Positions 1-8,603 of a stretch of 44,393 nt of DNA are shown here, piece after piece. Where the stretch lies: the NCBI GenBank assembly GCA_020344955.1, contig CP070831.1, positions 2,372,479 to 2,416,871 on the forward strand, read 5' to 3'. The DNA comes from Promethearchaeota archaeon. Lineage in GTDB: Archaea; Asgardarchaeota; Lokiarchaeia; Sigyniarchaeales; SOKP01. Position 1 is the stretch's first letter. Every line of letters starts with the position of its first letter. The position numbers and the translations under genes were made by a program. Below the pieces are notes generated by a model, which saw only the letters and a program-made list of their open reading frames with translations, did no database searches and had not been told where the DNA came from.

Positions 1-879
1 CATAAATTATTAAATAAAAAAAAGGAAAATCTAAGAGAATTAGAAAAAACAGGTAAGGGTTCGAATTACATCAAAGAATTAAGCGATATTGCTCTAATCC
101 AACTAGAATTGGAAGAATATGTAGAATCAGAAAAGAATTATTTAATCTGTTTAAAACATTTTAGAAAACAAAAAGATAGCTTAGGTCAAGCAGCCGTTCA
201 TGGTGTTTTAGGGACTTTATATTTTAAAAGTAGTGATTATCATAAATCCATTCAGTCCTTTGAAAAAGCTTTTAATATTTATAATGATTTAAAACAAACT
301 AATGAGCAAATTACATGTTTGATTGGTATAGGAAATAATTATCTCAAGTTAAATAAACTTGATGAAGCATGTGATACATTTTTGGATTGTAGTGCAATTT
401 GTTCAGATAATAATGATATCTATCATTTATTAGATTGTTTAGGAAATTTGATTCATATTCATGAATCACTTGAAAAATGGGATGTTGTTTTCGAGCTTTA
501 TAAAAAGACATTAAAAGCATTTAAACAAATTAAAGATAATAAAGGTGTTATAACATCTTATTATAACTTAGGAATATTACAAAAGCAAAATAATAATCTT
601 CAAGAAGCTCTTAGATATTTTAAAAAAGGAACTAACACTGCAATTGACGCGAATTACACAGAACTAATAATTAAAGGTCTAGGTTACATTGGTGAGATTT
701 TGTTTTATATTGGAGAAATTAAGGAGGCAAAAAACCAATTTATAAAAGCCTTAAATATTGCTAATAAAGTTCAAGCTAAAAATGCTATAATCCAAATTCG
801 AATTCTATTAAAATCTCTTGGGATGGATGATCATGCTATTTTTAAAGAACTTAGAGAATTTGAAGAATTCCAAAATTGA
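1..879 (+). CDS. TPR-repeat protein, 5' end cut by the window edge
   Basis: Frame 1 is open from base 1, with no stop before the TTG at 109 that the ORF track uses. The product is a chain of roughly 34-40 aa helical repeats with TPR-like spacing, e.g. AAVHGVLGTLYFKSSDYHKSIQSFEKAFNIYNDL and ITSYYNLGILQKQNNNLQEALRYFKKG. Confidence 0.75.
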   Translation, partial: HKLLNKKKENLRELEKTGKGSNYIKELSDIALIQLELEEYVESEKNYLICLKHFRKQKDSLGQAAVHGVLGTLYFKSSDYHKSIQSFEKAFNIYNDLKQTNEQITCLIGIGNNYLKLNKLDEACDTFLDCSAICSDNNDIYHLLDCLGNLIHIHESLEKWDVVFELYKKTLKAFKQIKDNKGVITSYYNLGILQKQNNNLQEALRYFKKGTNTAIDANYTELIIKGLGYIGEILFYIGEIKEAKNQFIKALNIANKVQAKNAIIQIRILLKSLGMDDHAIFKELREFEEFQN

Positions 880-941
880 ATTATCTAAGAAAAGAAGAAT
901 AGTTGATATCTTAATTAGGATCAATGTAATGAATACAAAGC

Positions 942-1097
942 TCACGTAGCATTTAAGCGATTTTTATAATCTTCTTTTGTAGCCTTTCTCAATGCTGCTT
1001 CTCCACATTTATCACATGTGGATTGTTGTGTATGTGCAAATTCTCCGCAAGCATCGCAGATAAGTGTAAAAGTTTTTTTGAATAATTTCGGGTCCAA
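942..1097 (-). CDS. small zinc-ribbon protein (51 aa), below the ORF-track size cutoff
   Basis: My own translation of the minus strand gives (TTG)MDPKLFKKTFTLICDACGEFAHTQQSTCDKCGEAALRKATKEDYKNRLNAT*. It has a CxxC-x10-CxxC arrangement. The patch is locally GC-richer than its surroundings. A GAGTGA Shine-Dalgarno-like element lies about 8 nt upstream of the TTG, and an in-frame TGA sits just upstream. Confidence 0.5.
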   Translation of the reverse strand: MDPKLFKKTFTLICDACGEFAHTQQSTCDKCGEAALRKATKEDYKNRLNAT

Positions 1098-1201
1098 TAT
1101 AATTCACTCTTTTGTATAAATTATCTTTTAAAAAGAAAGAGATTGATTCCTTTTAATTCTTTTCATAGTCAAATATTTGTGTCCTAATTTTATGATAAGA
1201 T

Positions 1202-1219
1202 AAAATCAACGTTGATTTT
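1202..1219. promoter_or_regulatory. perfect 18-bp palindrome AAAATCAACGTTGATTTT (candidate operator)
   Basis: Read directly; the sequence is identical to its reverse complement. It lies in the divergent intergenic region between the zinc-ribbon ORF (start 1097) and the radical-SAM gene (start 1379). Confidence 0.35.
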
Positions 1220-1276
1220 TGAGTAGTTTTAGATAAGATTTTTAAATTATCATTTGTTGAAAATACATAGTTCACT

Positions 1277-1289
1277 TGTTGAATCAACA
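1277..1289. promoter_or_regulatory. 6+1+6 palindrome TGTTGAATCAACA sharing the GTTGA/TCAAC half-site
   Basis: Read directly. It uses the same pentamer as the 1202-1219 palindrome but with the half-sites in the opposite order. TTGTTGAA also occurs at 1254-1261, 22 bp from its copy at 1276-1283. Confidence 0.3.
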
Positions 1290-1378
1290 TAGTGAAATTT
1301 TTTAAATACAAACCACATAACGGTTCTATTAATCCAATTTAAGAAAAATATAAATAAAATTTAGGTTGGCATAATAAA

Positions 1379-2770
1379 ATGAAAATTTTACTCATTTATC
1401 CTCCATTCCAAGTTGGCAAAGGTATGGGAAAAGTTATGTTAAGTCCTCCTTTATCTCTTTTAACGCTTGCAGGAGCTGTCAGTGATCTTGGTCATGAAAT
1501 TGAAATCCTTGATATGAATGTAGATTATAATTATGATATCGATAAGTTAACACTTAAAATAAAGCAATTTGATTTAGTAGGAATTACATGTATGACAAAT
1601 ACATTCAAAACTGTATTAAATATTTGCAAAATTGCTAAAAAGTGTAATATTCCCACAATTTTAGGTGGTTTTCATCCAACGTTAGTTCCTAATATTATTG
1701 AAGATTTCAAATGTATAGATATGATCTGTCGTGGAGAAGGTGAGGTTACTTTTAGAGAATTACTTAAAGGTAAACCAAAAAATCAAATTCTAGGTTTATC
1801 TTTTAGAGAAAATGGTGCTGTGATTCATAATCCAGATAGACCATTTAAAAATAATTTAAACCGACTTCCATTTCCTAAGAATGATTTAGTTGATCCCAAA
1901 CCATATCATTATATATGGGTTCCAGCATGGGTTTGTGAAACTTCAAGAGGTTGTCCATTTAATTGTAATTTCTGTTGTGTCACCCAATTTCATAAAGGTA
2001 AATATCGAACTAAATCTCCTAATAGAGTAATAAGAGAATTATTACAATTACCAAATACGACTAAACTTGTATTTTTTACAGATGATAATTTCAGTTTACA
2101 AAAGAAGCGAATTATAAGGATTTGTGAACTTCTAGAAAAAACGAAATTAAGTAAACGATTAATGTTTGTCTGCCAATCGAGAGTCGATGATATCGCTAAT
2201 AATCCAGATATGGTTCAAGCAATGTCTAAAGCGGGTTTTATTTGTTTCTTTTTAGGATTTGAAAGTTTTAAGCAAATCTCTTTAAATAATATGCAAAAAC
2301 AATATAACCTTGATAAAGTTCGTAAGTGTATAAAAATATGCCACAAGAATGGGATTATGGTTTTTGGGTCTTTTATTATAGGAAACATTGGAGAAACTGT
2401 TGAAGACACATGGAAAACGTTTAAATTAATGAAAGATTTAGAAATTGATATGATGATGACTAATCCCATTACACCATTTCCAGCTACGCCCCTTTATGAC
2501 GAAGCTGTTAAAAATGGATGGATTCCTGAGGATTTTAGATGGGAGAAATGGGATATAACTCCAGTTATGAATACTCCAGATATGACAATTGATCAAATAC
2601 AAGACTTATTAGATGAGAGTTATAGATTTTTCTATAATGATATAGGTTATTTCCTTTTTGGCAAGAAATTATTAAGACTCTTATTTAATCCTAAGTTTTG
2701 GTGGTATAGACATGTCGCATTTTCAGTTCTTACAAATGGACTAACTAAATTCTTAATAAAATTAGATTAA
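1379..2770 (+). CDS. B12-binding-domain radical SAM protein (class B type)
   Basis: The N-terminal region looks like a cobalamin-binding Rossmann domain (KILLIYPP, GITCMT, ILGGFHPT). It is followed by the radical-SAM cluster motif CPFNCNFC (CxxxCxxC) in SRGCPFNCNFCCV. The length of 463 aa is typical for this class. Confidence 0.85.
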   Translation: MKILLIYPPFQVGKGMGKVMLSPPLSLLTLAGAVSDLGHEIEILDMNVDYNYDIDKLTLKIKQFDLVGITCMTNTFKTVLNICKIAKKCNIPTILGGFHPTLVPNIIEDFKCIDMICRGEGEVTFRELLKGKPKNQILGLSFRENGAVIHNPDRPFKNNLNRLPFPKNDLVDPKPYHYIWVPAWVCETSRGCPFNCNFCCVTQFHKGKYRTKSPNRVIRELLQLPNTTKLVFFTDDNFSLQKKRIIRICELLEKTKLSKRLMFVCQSRVDDIANNPDMVQAMSKAGFICFFLGFESFKQISLNNMQKQYNLDKVRKCIKICHKNGIMVFGSFIIGNIGETVEDTWKTFKLMKDLEIDMMMTNPITPFPATPLYDEAVKNGWIPEDFRWEKWDITPVMNTPDMTIDQIQDLLDESYRFFYNDIGYFLFGKKLLRLLFNPKFWWYRHVAFSVLTNGLTKFLIKLD

Positions 2771-2841
2771 TGTATTTATATGTTTTATTGTTTTTAATAA
2801 AATCAATTAATAAATAAATTGTTTTAAAAATTAAATAGTCT

Positions 2842-3552
2842 ATGATTAAAGCAATTACATTTGATCTCTGGAATACAATATTTACAAACAAATTTTATTC
2901 AAATTTGCGATTAAAATGTTTAACTCAGTTTTTAGAGAGTAATGAAATATTTTATTCTTCAGATAAAATAGATAATGCATTTAAATCTGCATTTTATTTA
3001 CCAGAACGTTATTATGAGAAAAATCTTCATATATATACAAAAGAGCGAATATCAAAATTATTTCATTTTCTTAACCTTGAGTCAACAAATTTAGATCGGA
3101 ATTTACTTAAAAACAAATTTGAGGAGGTAATGTTAAAGGAACCACCGCTTTTAAAAATCGGATTAAAAAAAACATTAGAAGAACTATCTTCAGATTACAA
3201 AATTGGACTTATTTCAAATACTGGAATAACTCCTGGGCGTATAATTGATAAAGTTTTTAAAAAATATGAAATCTCCAAATTTTTTCAAGTAAAGATTTAT
3301 TCTGATGAGATTGGTTACTATAAACCTCATCCTATTTTGTTTAAGACAGCATTAAGAAAATTAAAATGCTTTCCACAAAACTCAATCCATATAGGAGATA
3401 AGTTAGAGACAGATATTCAAGGAGCTAAAGATTGTAATATGCTTACAATATGGATTAATGATTCTGATTCCCCTAAATCAAAATCAATTCAACCTGATTA
3501 TGAAATACAACAAATTTATGATGCTGTGGAGATAATTAAACAGATAGTCTAA
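2842..3552 (+). CDS. HAD-superfamily hydrolase (subfamily IA-like)
   Basis: Four HAD motifs are visible. Motif I is ITFDLWNT, where the second Asp position is Trp as in dehalogenase-like members. Motif II is GLISNT, motif III is the Lys in YYKPHP, and motif IV is GDKLETD. Confidence 0.8.
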   Translation: MIKAITFDLWNTIFTNKFYSNLRLKCLTQFLESNEIFYSSDKIDNAFKSAFYLPERYYEKNLHIYTKERISKLFHFLNLESTNLDRNLLKNKFEEVMLKEPPLLKIGLKKTLEELSSDYKIGLISNTGITPGRIIDKVFKKYEISKFFQVKIYSDEIGYYKPHPILFKTALRKLKCFPQNSIHIGDKLETDIQGAKDCNMLTIWINDSDSPKSKSIQPDYEIQQIYDAVEIIKQIV

Positions 3553-3655
3553 ATCGAATTATTCAAATTCAGATTAATAGTAATTAATTATAAATAATGT
3601 TATTTTCATTTTTAATTTAAAAGGCTTTCATACCAAGATAGTTGTTCTAAAACTT

Positions 3656-5077
3656 ATGAATAAGTGTCCATATTGTCAAAATCTAATTGAGGAGCATTGG
3701 TTATATTGTAGGGCGTGTAATAAACCATTAATCACCAATCTGAAGGATGCTTTAGATAGAAGTATAAAATTTCCTTATGATAAACCAGAGATATATCACT
3801 TAGAAGTTGAAGAACAAAGCGATGTTTTCAATGATGTTGTAATAGAAGACAAAGAAATTGATGAAAAGATAAAAGAGATTGATCAAGCTTTAGAAAGTAA
3901 AGAAATTGCTGGAGCGCCAATACCAGGTTCTTTATTAGTAGAAAAATCAAGTTTGTATTATAAAAAAAGAGATCTACCAAAAGCCCTAAAAAATCTTGAA
4001 TTGGCAATAAAAAATTTTGAAGAAGAAAACGATTTAATTAATTTAGCTATTTGCCATAATGAAATTGGTATTATCCATGAAGATAATGGTTTTTTTGATC
4101 AAGCAATATATCATTTCAACAGATCTTTAGAGATTCTTAAAGATATAAATGATATCCATAAAATAATAAAAGTTCTAAACAATTTAGGAAACATTTACTT
4201 CTTAATCAATGATTTAGAACAATCATATCATTTTTATCAAAAAGCTTTTAAATTATCTAAACAGGAAAATTTAGAATTTGAGGAGATAAAATCTAGCAGT
4301 AATTTAGTGGAAGTTCTTTATTTGTTAAAAGATTTTAACCGAATTAAAAAAATATTAGCTAGAAATTCAGAATTTTTCAAAGAAAATGAAGATATCTATG
4401 GAATAATTCAAACAGAAATAAAGTATGGAAAGCTATATTTTATTATGGGTGAAGATTATGATGAGTCATATCAACATTTAAATATAGCTTTAGAATTAAT
4501 TAATAAATTAAGTGAAAACATCTCACTATATATTAAAGCAAAATTAGAATGGGAATGTTATTTATATCTTGGAAAGATTTATCGAGTGAGAGATAATAGT
4601 ACAAAAGCGGAAGATTATTTTATTCGAAGCCTTGAGAGTGTCCGTATTTTTGAGATTAGAGATAATATTAAAGAGGGAGAGATATTAGAGAATATTGCAG
4701 AACTATATCTATTTAAAGGAGAAAGTGAGAAATCTATTGAATATTATGAATTATCTGGTGAGATTTATTATAAATTTGGAGATAATGTTAAAAATGCTGA
4801 AAATAAGTTTAAAAGAGGAAAAATATATTTAGAATTTGAAGAAAACATAACCAAAGCAATGAATTATTTCGAAGAAGCCTTAGAAATTTATGAAGACCTA
4901 GAATATTCTAAAGAGTCTGCTACCATCCTTCATAAATTAGGAGATATATATGTTAATGAGGGGATGGTAGAAACAGCGGTTTCATATTTTGAAAGAGCTC
5001 AAGACTATTATCAAAAAATCCAAGATGATTACAATACAAAATTATTAAATGAAAAAATTAGATCTTTAAGTAATTAG
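3656..5077 (+). CDS. zinc-ribbon plus TPR-repeat protein
   Basis: The N-terminus has CPYCQN...x...CRACNKP (CxxC-x11-CxxC). Many TPR-like repeats follow, e.g. LAICHNEIGIIHEDNGFFDQAIYHFNRSLEI and LNNLGNIYFLINDLEQSYHFYQKAFKL. Confidence 0.8.
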   Translation: MNKCPYCQNLIEEHWLYCRACNKPLITNLKDALDRSIKFPYDKPEIYHLEVEEQSDVFNDVVIEDKEIDEKIKEIDQALESKEIAGAPIPGSLLVEKSSLYYKKRDLPKALKNLELAIKNFEEENDLINLAICHNEIGIIHEDNGFFDQAIYHFNRSLEILKDINDIHKIIKVLNNLGNIYFLINDLEQSYHFYQKAFKLSKQENLEFEEIKSSSNLVEVLYLLKDFNRIKKILARNSEFFKENEDIYGIIQTEIKYGKLYFIMGEDYDESYQHLNIALELINKLSENISLYIKAKLEWECYLYLGKIYRVRDNSTKAEDYFIRSLESVRIFEIRDNIKEGEILENIAELYLFKGESEKSIEYYELSGEIYYKFGDNVKNAENKFKRGKIYLEFEENITKAMNYFEEALEIYEDLEYSKESATILHKLGDIYVNEGMVETAVSYFERAQDYYQKIQDDYNTKLLNEKIRSLSN

Positions 5078-5095
5078 AAAGTAATTTATTGATTA

Positions 5096-5782
5096 TTACT
5101 CCTTCTCATAAATTTCAAAATCCTCCTTTTTGTAAGTTTTTATGTCATATTCCTCAAATCCAATACCTCTAATGAAGGAGTACGAGACTTTATTATCTCT
5201 ATATACTTCAGTTCTAATTTCTTTCAAATTCGGGAAGTTATCTTTTATATATTGCCAACTTGCCATACCTAAAACCGAACCAAGACCTCTTCTTTGAAAT
5301 CTAGGAATAACTGCTAAAGCAGTGATTATTGCATACTCATTATTTCTTCCCTCAAAATCAAGAAGGATAAATGCGGCATCAACTCCATATACTTTGGCAA
5401 TCAAAAAAACCGTTTCAGGATAATCAAGAATTTTCTGCAAATCAGTTTTTGTAATTGGTCTAAAAGGTGTGTTACTCGTAAGCCAAGCCCGATTATATAT
5501 ATCTTTCAAAATATCGAGGTCTTCTTTAGTTGCTTTTCTAATTTTAGCCTTGATAATGTTATGTTCTATTTTATCTTTTAATTTTGCTTCAAACTCTTGT
5601 GTTATTTTCTCAACGGGAAGTTTCATTTGAATGTAAACCATCCCATCTCTATAAAGTTCTTCTCCAACCTTATCAATTTCAACTTTTTGCTTTTTCTTTG
5701 TTTCAATAGATAAGAAAAAAGCTCTTATTTTTCTCTTTTTAAGATCAAGTTTTTTTTTTCGGTTTAATTTTGGATATGACAT
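5096..5782 (-). CDS. GNAT-family N-acetyltransferase with a roughly 85-aa Lys/Arg-rich N-terminal extension
   Basis: The acetyl-CoA-binding motif A is LAVIPRFQRRGLGSVLG (Q/RxxGxG), and the GNAT core begins around IRKATKEDLDILKDIYNRAW. The N-terminus MSYPKLNRKKKLDLKKRKIR...TKKKQK is highly basic. Internal Met residues at 48 and 53 are alternative starts. Confidence 0.8.
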   Translation of the reverse strand: MSYPKLNRKKKLDLKKRKIRAFFLSIETKKKQKVEIDKVGEELYRDGMVYIQMKLPVEKITQEFEAKLKDKIEHNIIKAKIRKATKEDLDILKDIYNRAWLTSNTPFRPITKTDLQKILDYPETVFLIAKVYGVDAAFILLDFEGRNNEYAIITALAVIPRFQRRGLGSVLGMASWQYIKDNFPNLKEIRTEVYRDNKVSYSFIRGIGFEEYDIKTYKKEDFEIYEKE

Positions 5783-5808
5783 AATTGTGAAGTGAAAAAA
5801 TTATGAAT

Positions 5809-7443
5809 TTAAGCAAATATATTTAAATTATCTCTAATTTGTCTCTCCATTGTTTCATTTAAAAGCGCCTTTTCTCTTAATTTTGCAATACCTAGCTGAA
5901 TTCTCTTTATAAGGTTCGGATCCTTTATCATATTTTTCCGTTCGCAAGAAAATTCAAAATTAGATCGTACAGCCATATCATTCTCAATTCTTTCATTCAA
6001 AATATTCTTCAAATTAATGAAAGTTTCAGATATATTTTCATAGATATTATTCAAATCATTAGTAATATATCCTGGAAGTACAATATTCATATACTCTTCC
6101 ATATTACTCTCATCTTCAATAAACATCGCATATACAGGTAAATAAATCCATTGTATTGGTCTAGAAAATAAATCTGATTGGTTATCGTTAAGAGCCCATC
6201 CTGTTAATATTTGAGCTTCTTGTAAACAACTTTCTTGTTTTATTTCTATTATTTCTTTAATTTTTGAAAATAAATCTTCTATCTGCGTTTTCAAGCTAGT
6301 TAACTCAAATATTTTTTCTTGTTTTTCACTTTCAAATTCCGTTAATCTTTTATCTCGATCTTTTAGTTTTATGTGTAATGATTCCTTAAATTGTGCTAAT
6401 TTTTGCTTTGCCTCAACATCAATTTGGGATGCTTGCTCCTTATATTCATAAAATTTTTGGTGAAGGGTTTTAATTGATTCTAAAAACTTAACTGCTTCTT
6501 CATTTAGATATGAAAACTGATTTTCAAAATGAGGAATAAGATCCTCGAAAACCCTAGTTTTTAAAGAATCACTGTTTATAAAGAATTTATTTTTTTTAAT
6601 CATTTCATCAAGATGCCTTTCAAATGTTTTAAATAAAGTTGAAATGTTTTCAATTATTCTCTTTTTCTCAATTACATTCCATTGATCAATTTTATCCTGC
6701 TCAAATTTTGTTTGATCATCTACTTGAATGATGTCAATCGAAGTAGAAGTTTTAGTAATTTGGCTCGTATACCTTGAATCAATATCTTTTAATTGAACAT
6801 TTAGATCTATTAACCACTTGCTTACTTCCTTATTTATTAGTTCAATTTGAGTTTTCCATCTTAAGGCATTCCCTTTCATTGTATTTATTATTTGACGATA
6901 ACCCTCTGAGATATTCAATGCATTTTCAGTTGAAATAACAGTGTCTAATACCGTATAATCCGCAATCGGTTTATAATCTATAAGAGGAATAATTCTTATC
7001 AAGGTCTGAAGAAATTCTGGATTGATTAGACCTTCAATTTTAAGAGTTTGAAATTCAGATTCTTCTCCTTCACCAATTTCTTCAGCTTCCTTATCTTTAT
7101 ATGTTAAGATATCAATGAGTACATTTAATTGCTCAATTTTAGGCCTGTTATCTACATTTCTAAGAATATGACCGATCAAAGGTTGACGAGGAGGATTAGA
7201 AAACGTTCCACTCTTATTAAAGAGATTCAATCCATCTAACATTATATGAGTACTAATTACTCCTTGTATGCTTAAGATAGGCCATAAAAGTCGTGAAAAA
7301 GATATAATTTTTTCATTTTTCCCTATATCTTTTGTTAAAAGATAAAAAGCGAGAGCTAATTCATCATTCCCTTGAATTGAAAGGGGATGAGAAATTTTTC
7401 TAATAAAAAATGGTAATAAATATTGATTTCCGTGAACAGACAT
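5809..7443 (-). CDS. hypothetical protein with a long central coiled coil (544 aa)
   Basis: This is a long ATG-initiated ORF that ends 26 nt upstream of the GNAT gene. Residues about 190-400 are heptad-like and rich in K, E and Q (e.g. KQKLAQFKESLHIKLKDRDKRLTEFESEKQEKIFELTSLKTQIEDLFSKIKE). Globular N- and C-terminal domains flank this region. I recognise no catalytic or nucleotide-binding motif. Confidence 0.7.
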   Translation of the reverse strand: MSVHGNQYLLPFFIRKISHPLSIQGNDELALAFYLLTKDIGKNEKIISFSRLLWPILSIQGVISTHIMLDGLNLFNKSGTFSNPPRQPLIGHILRNVDNRPKIEQLNVLIDILTYKDKEAEEIGEGEESEFQTLKIEGLINPEFLQTLIRIIPLIDYKPIADYTVLDTVISTENALNISEGYRQIINTMKGNALRWKTQIELINKEVSKWLIDLNVQLKDIDSRYTSQITKTSTSIDIIQVDDQTKFEQDKIDQWNVIEKKRIIENISTLFKTFERHLDEMIKKNKFFINSDSLKTRVFEDLIPHFENQFSYLNEEAVKFLESIKTLHQKFYEYKEQASQIDVEAKQKLAQFKESLHIKLKDRDKRLTEFESEKQEKIFELTSLKTQIEDLFSKIKEIIEIKQESCLQEAQILTGWALNDNQSDLFSRPIQWIYLPVYAMFIEDESNMEEYMNIVLPGYITNDLNNIYENISETFINLKNILNERIENDMAVRSNFEFSCERKNMIKDPNLIKRIQLGIAKLREKALLNETMERQIRDNLNIFA

Positions 7444-7614
7444 AGATAAAATCTTGATTTTTTAATTATCTTCTATATAAAATTATTCTCAATATATTAA
7501 ATTTAAAGCGATTTGGTTTTAAAATTTTAATCATTTTTTAAAAGATAATAAAAAATAAGACTCTCAAATGAATAAATCTGAATTAAATTAGAAAAATTAG
7601 AGATGAAAATAAAA

Positions 7615-8472
7615 TTATTTGAGTTGTTCATAGTTATTAGCTATTACTAAAATGAGGAGTGCTAATAATATTATTAATGGTGGTAAAATAGCTCTTACAT
7701 GAGGCAAAGCAGCTACATCAAGAACACCTTGGAGAATTCTTCCTCCAATGAAACAAAGCAGGAATCCAATAGCATTCAATGCATAAGATTTTCTCAATAC
7801 TCCAAAAGTCTTCCAAGCCAAGTATAGGAAGATAAAAGGTATTAACGCAAGAAATAAGGGCATAAAAATAAAATTAAACAAAAATCTCCCAAGTGGATAC
7901 TGCCAAGAACCAATAGTTACCTTAATAATATTATCTGTTATACCATAAATAGCAACAAAATCAGGATCCATAAAAAGCCATTCTGATAAAGTTAAAGCCA
8001 AAATTCCTATAATAATTGGAAGGATAAACAACGCTCCACGAACAACTAGTTTGAGGTTATTTTTATTTCTAAACCATCCACTCACTGATTTTCCTTTCTC
8101 TGAATTAGCATCTATCTGAGTATCAGGAGGAATTATTAATATTCCTAATACTCCAACGGCACAAGCAGTTCCTAACCAAGTAAAAAATGTAGCTAATCGA
8201 TAATTTAACATCAAAAATGCAACAACGTCATCACCATTAGCACCTGTAAAGAGTTCTGGAGCGAAAAAATAATAAACTATGAAAAACACCCGTGCAATCC
8301 CAAAGCACAAAAAGAATAAGCTAAAAAATAGCCAGTATAATTTCTTTGAAGTTCGATATCTTATAAATAAGAAGTAGAAAAATAGTAAGAAGAAATAACC
8401 TACAATAATGAAATAGAGGCCCATTTCTAGTGCTTCCCAGAAACCAAGGTATTGGAAATTTTGAAAAAACAT
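7615..8472 (-). CDS. integral membrane protein, about 7 TM segments, unknown function
   Basis: About seven hydrophobic stretches of 20-25 aa are visible (e.g. GLYFIIVGYFFLLFFYFLFI, LYWLFFSLFFLCFGIARVFF, FLFNFIFMPLFLALIPFIFLYLAW). It has an ATG start and is on the same strand as the two downstream genes. Confidence 0.7.
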   Translation of the reverse strand: MFFQNFQYLGFWEALEMGLYFIIVGYFFLLFFYFLFIRYRTSKKLYWLFFSLFFLCFGIARVFFIVYYFFAPELFTGANGDDVVAFLMLNYRLATFFTWLGTACAVGVLGILIIPPDTQIDANSEKGKSVSGWFRNKNNLKLVVRGALFILPIIIGILALTLSEWLFMDPDFVAIYGITDNIIKVTIGSWQYPLGRFLFNFIFMPLFLALIPFIFLYLAWKTFGVLRKSYALNAIGFLLCFIGGRILQGVLDVAALPHVRAILPPLIILLALLILVIANNYEQLK

Positions 8473-8603
8473 AATTTATCAATTTTGTTTTTAACTTTAA
8501 AAAAAAATATAATATTATTATTATATTCCTATTATAAAAATTTATTTTAATTTACTCGTAATATCTCAAAATACAAATATTATAATACACTTTTTAATAA
8601 TGT

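Noticed and set aside
2215-2469. ORF-track entries that lie antisense to, or inside, strong genes. They are 2215-2469, 9983-10177, 10285-10494, 10539-10736, 10786-11010, 12185-12409, 13684-13884, 20012-20224, 22554-22841, 30391-30720, 34012-34296, 38665-38850, 40421-40651, 43535-43720 and 43928-44173.
   Set aside because: Each overlaps a longer ORF on the other strand that carries clear family motifs. Their products are low-complexity, rich in I, L, F, K, N and S, as expected from antisense translation of AT-rich coding DNA. None contains a motif.
7615-8472. Whether the 7TM protein could be a microbial rhodopsin (schizorhodopsin or heliorhodopsin type, both known from Asgard lineages).
   Set aside because: The last predicted TM (ILPPLIILLALLILVIANN) contains no Lys for a retinal Schiff base. 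I see no rhodopsin-like TM3 or TM7 motifs.
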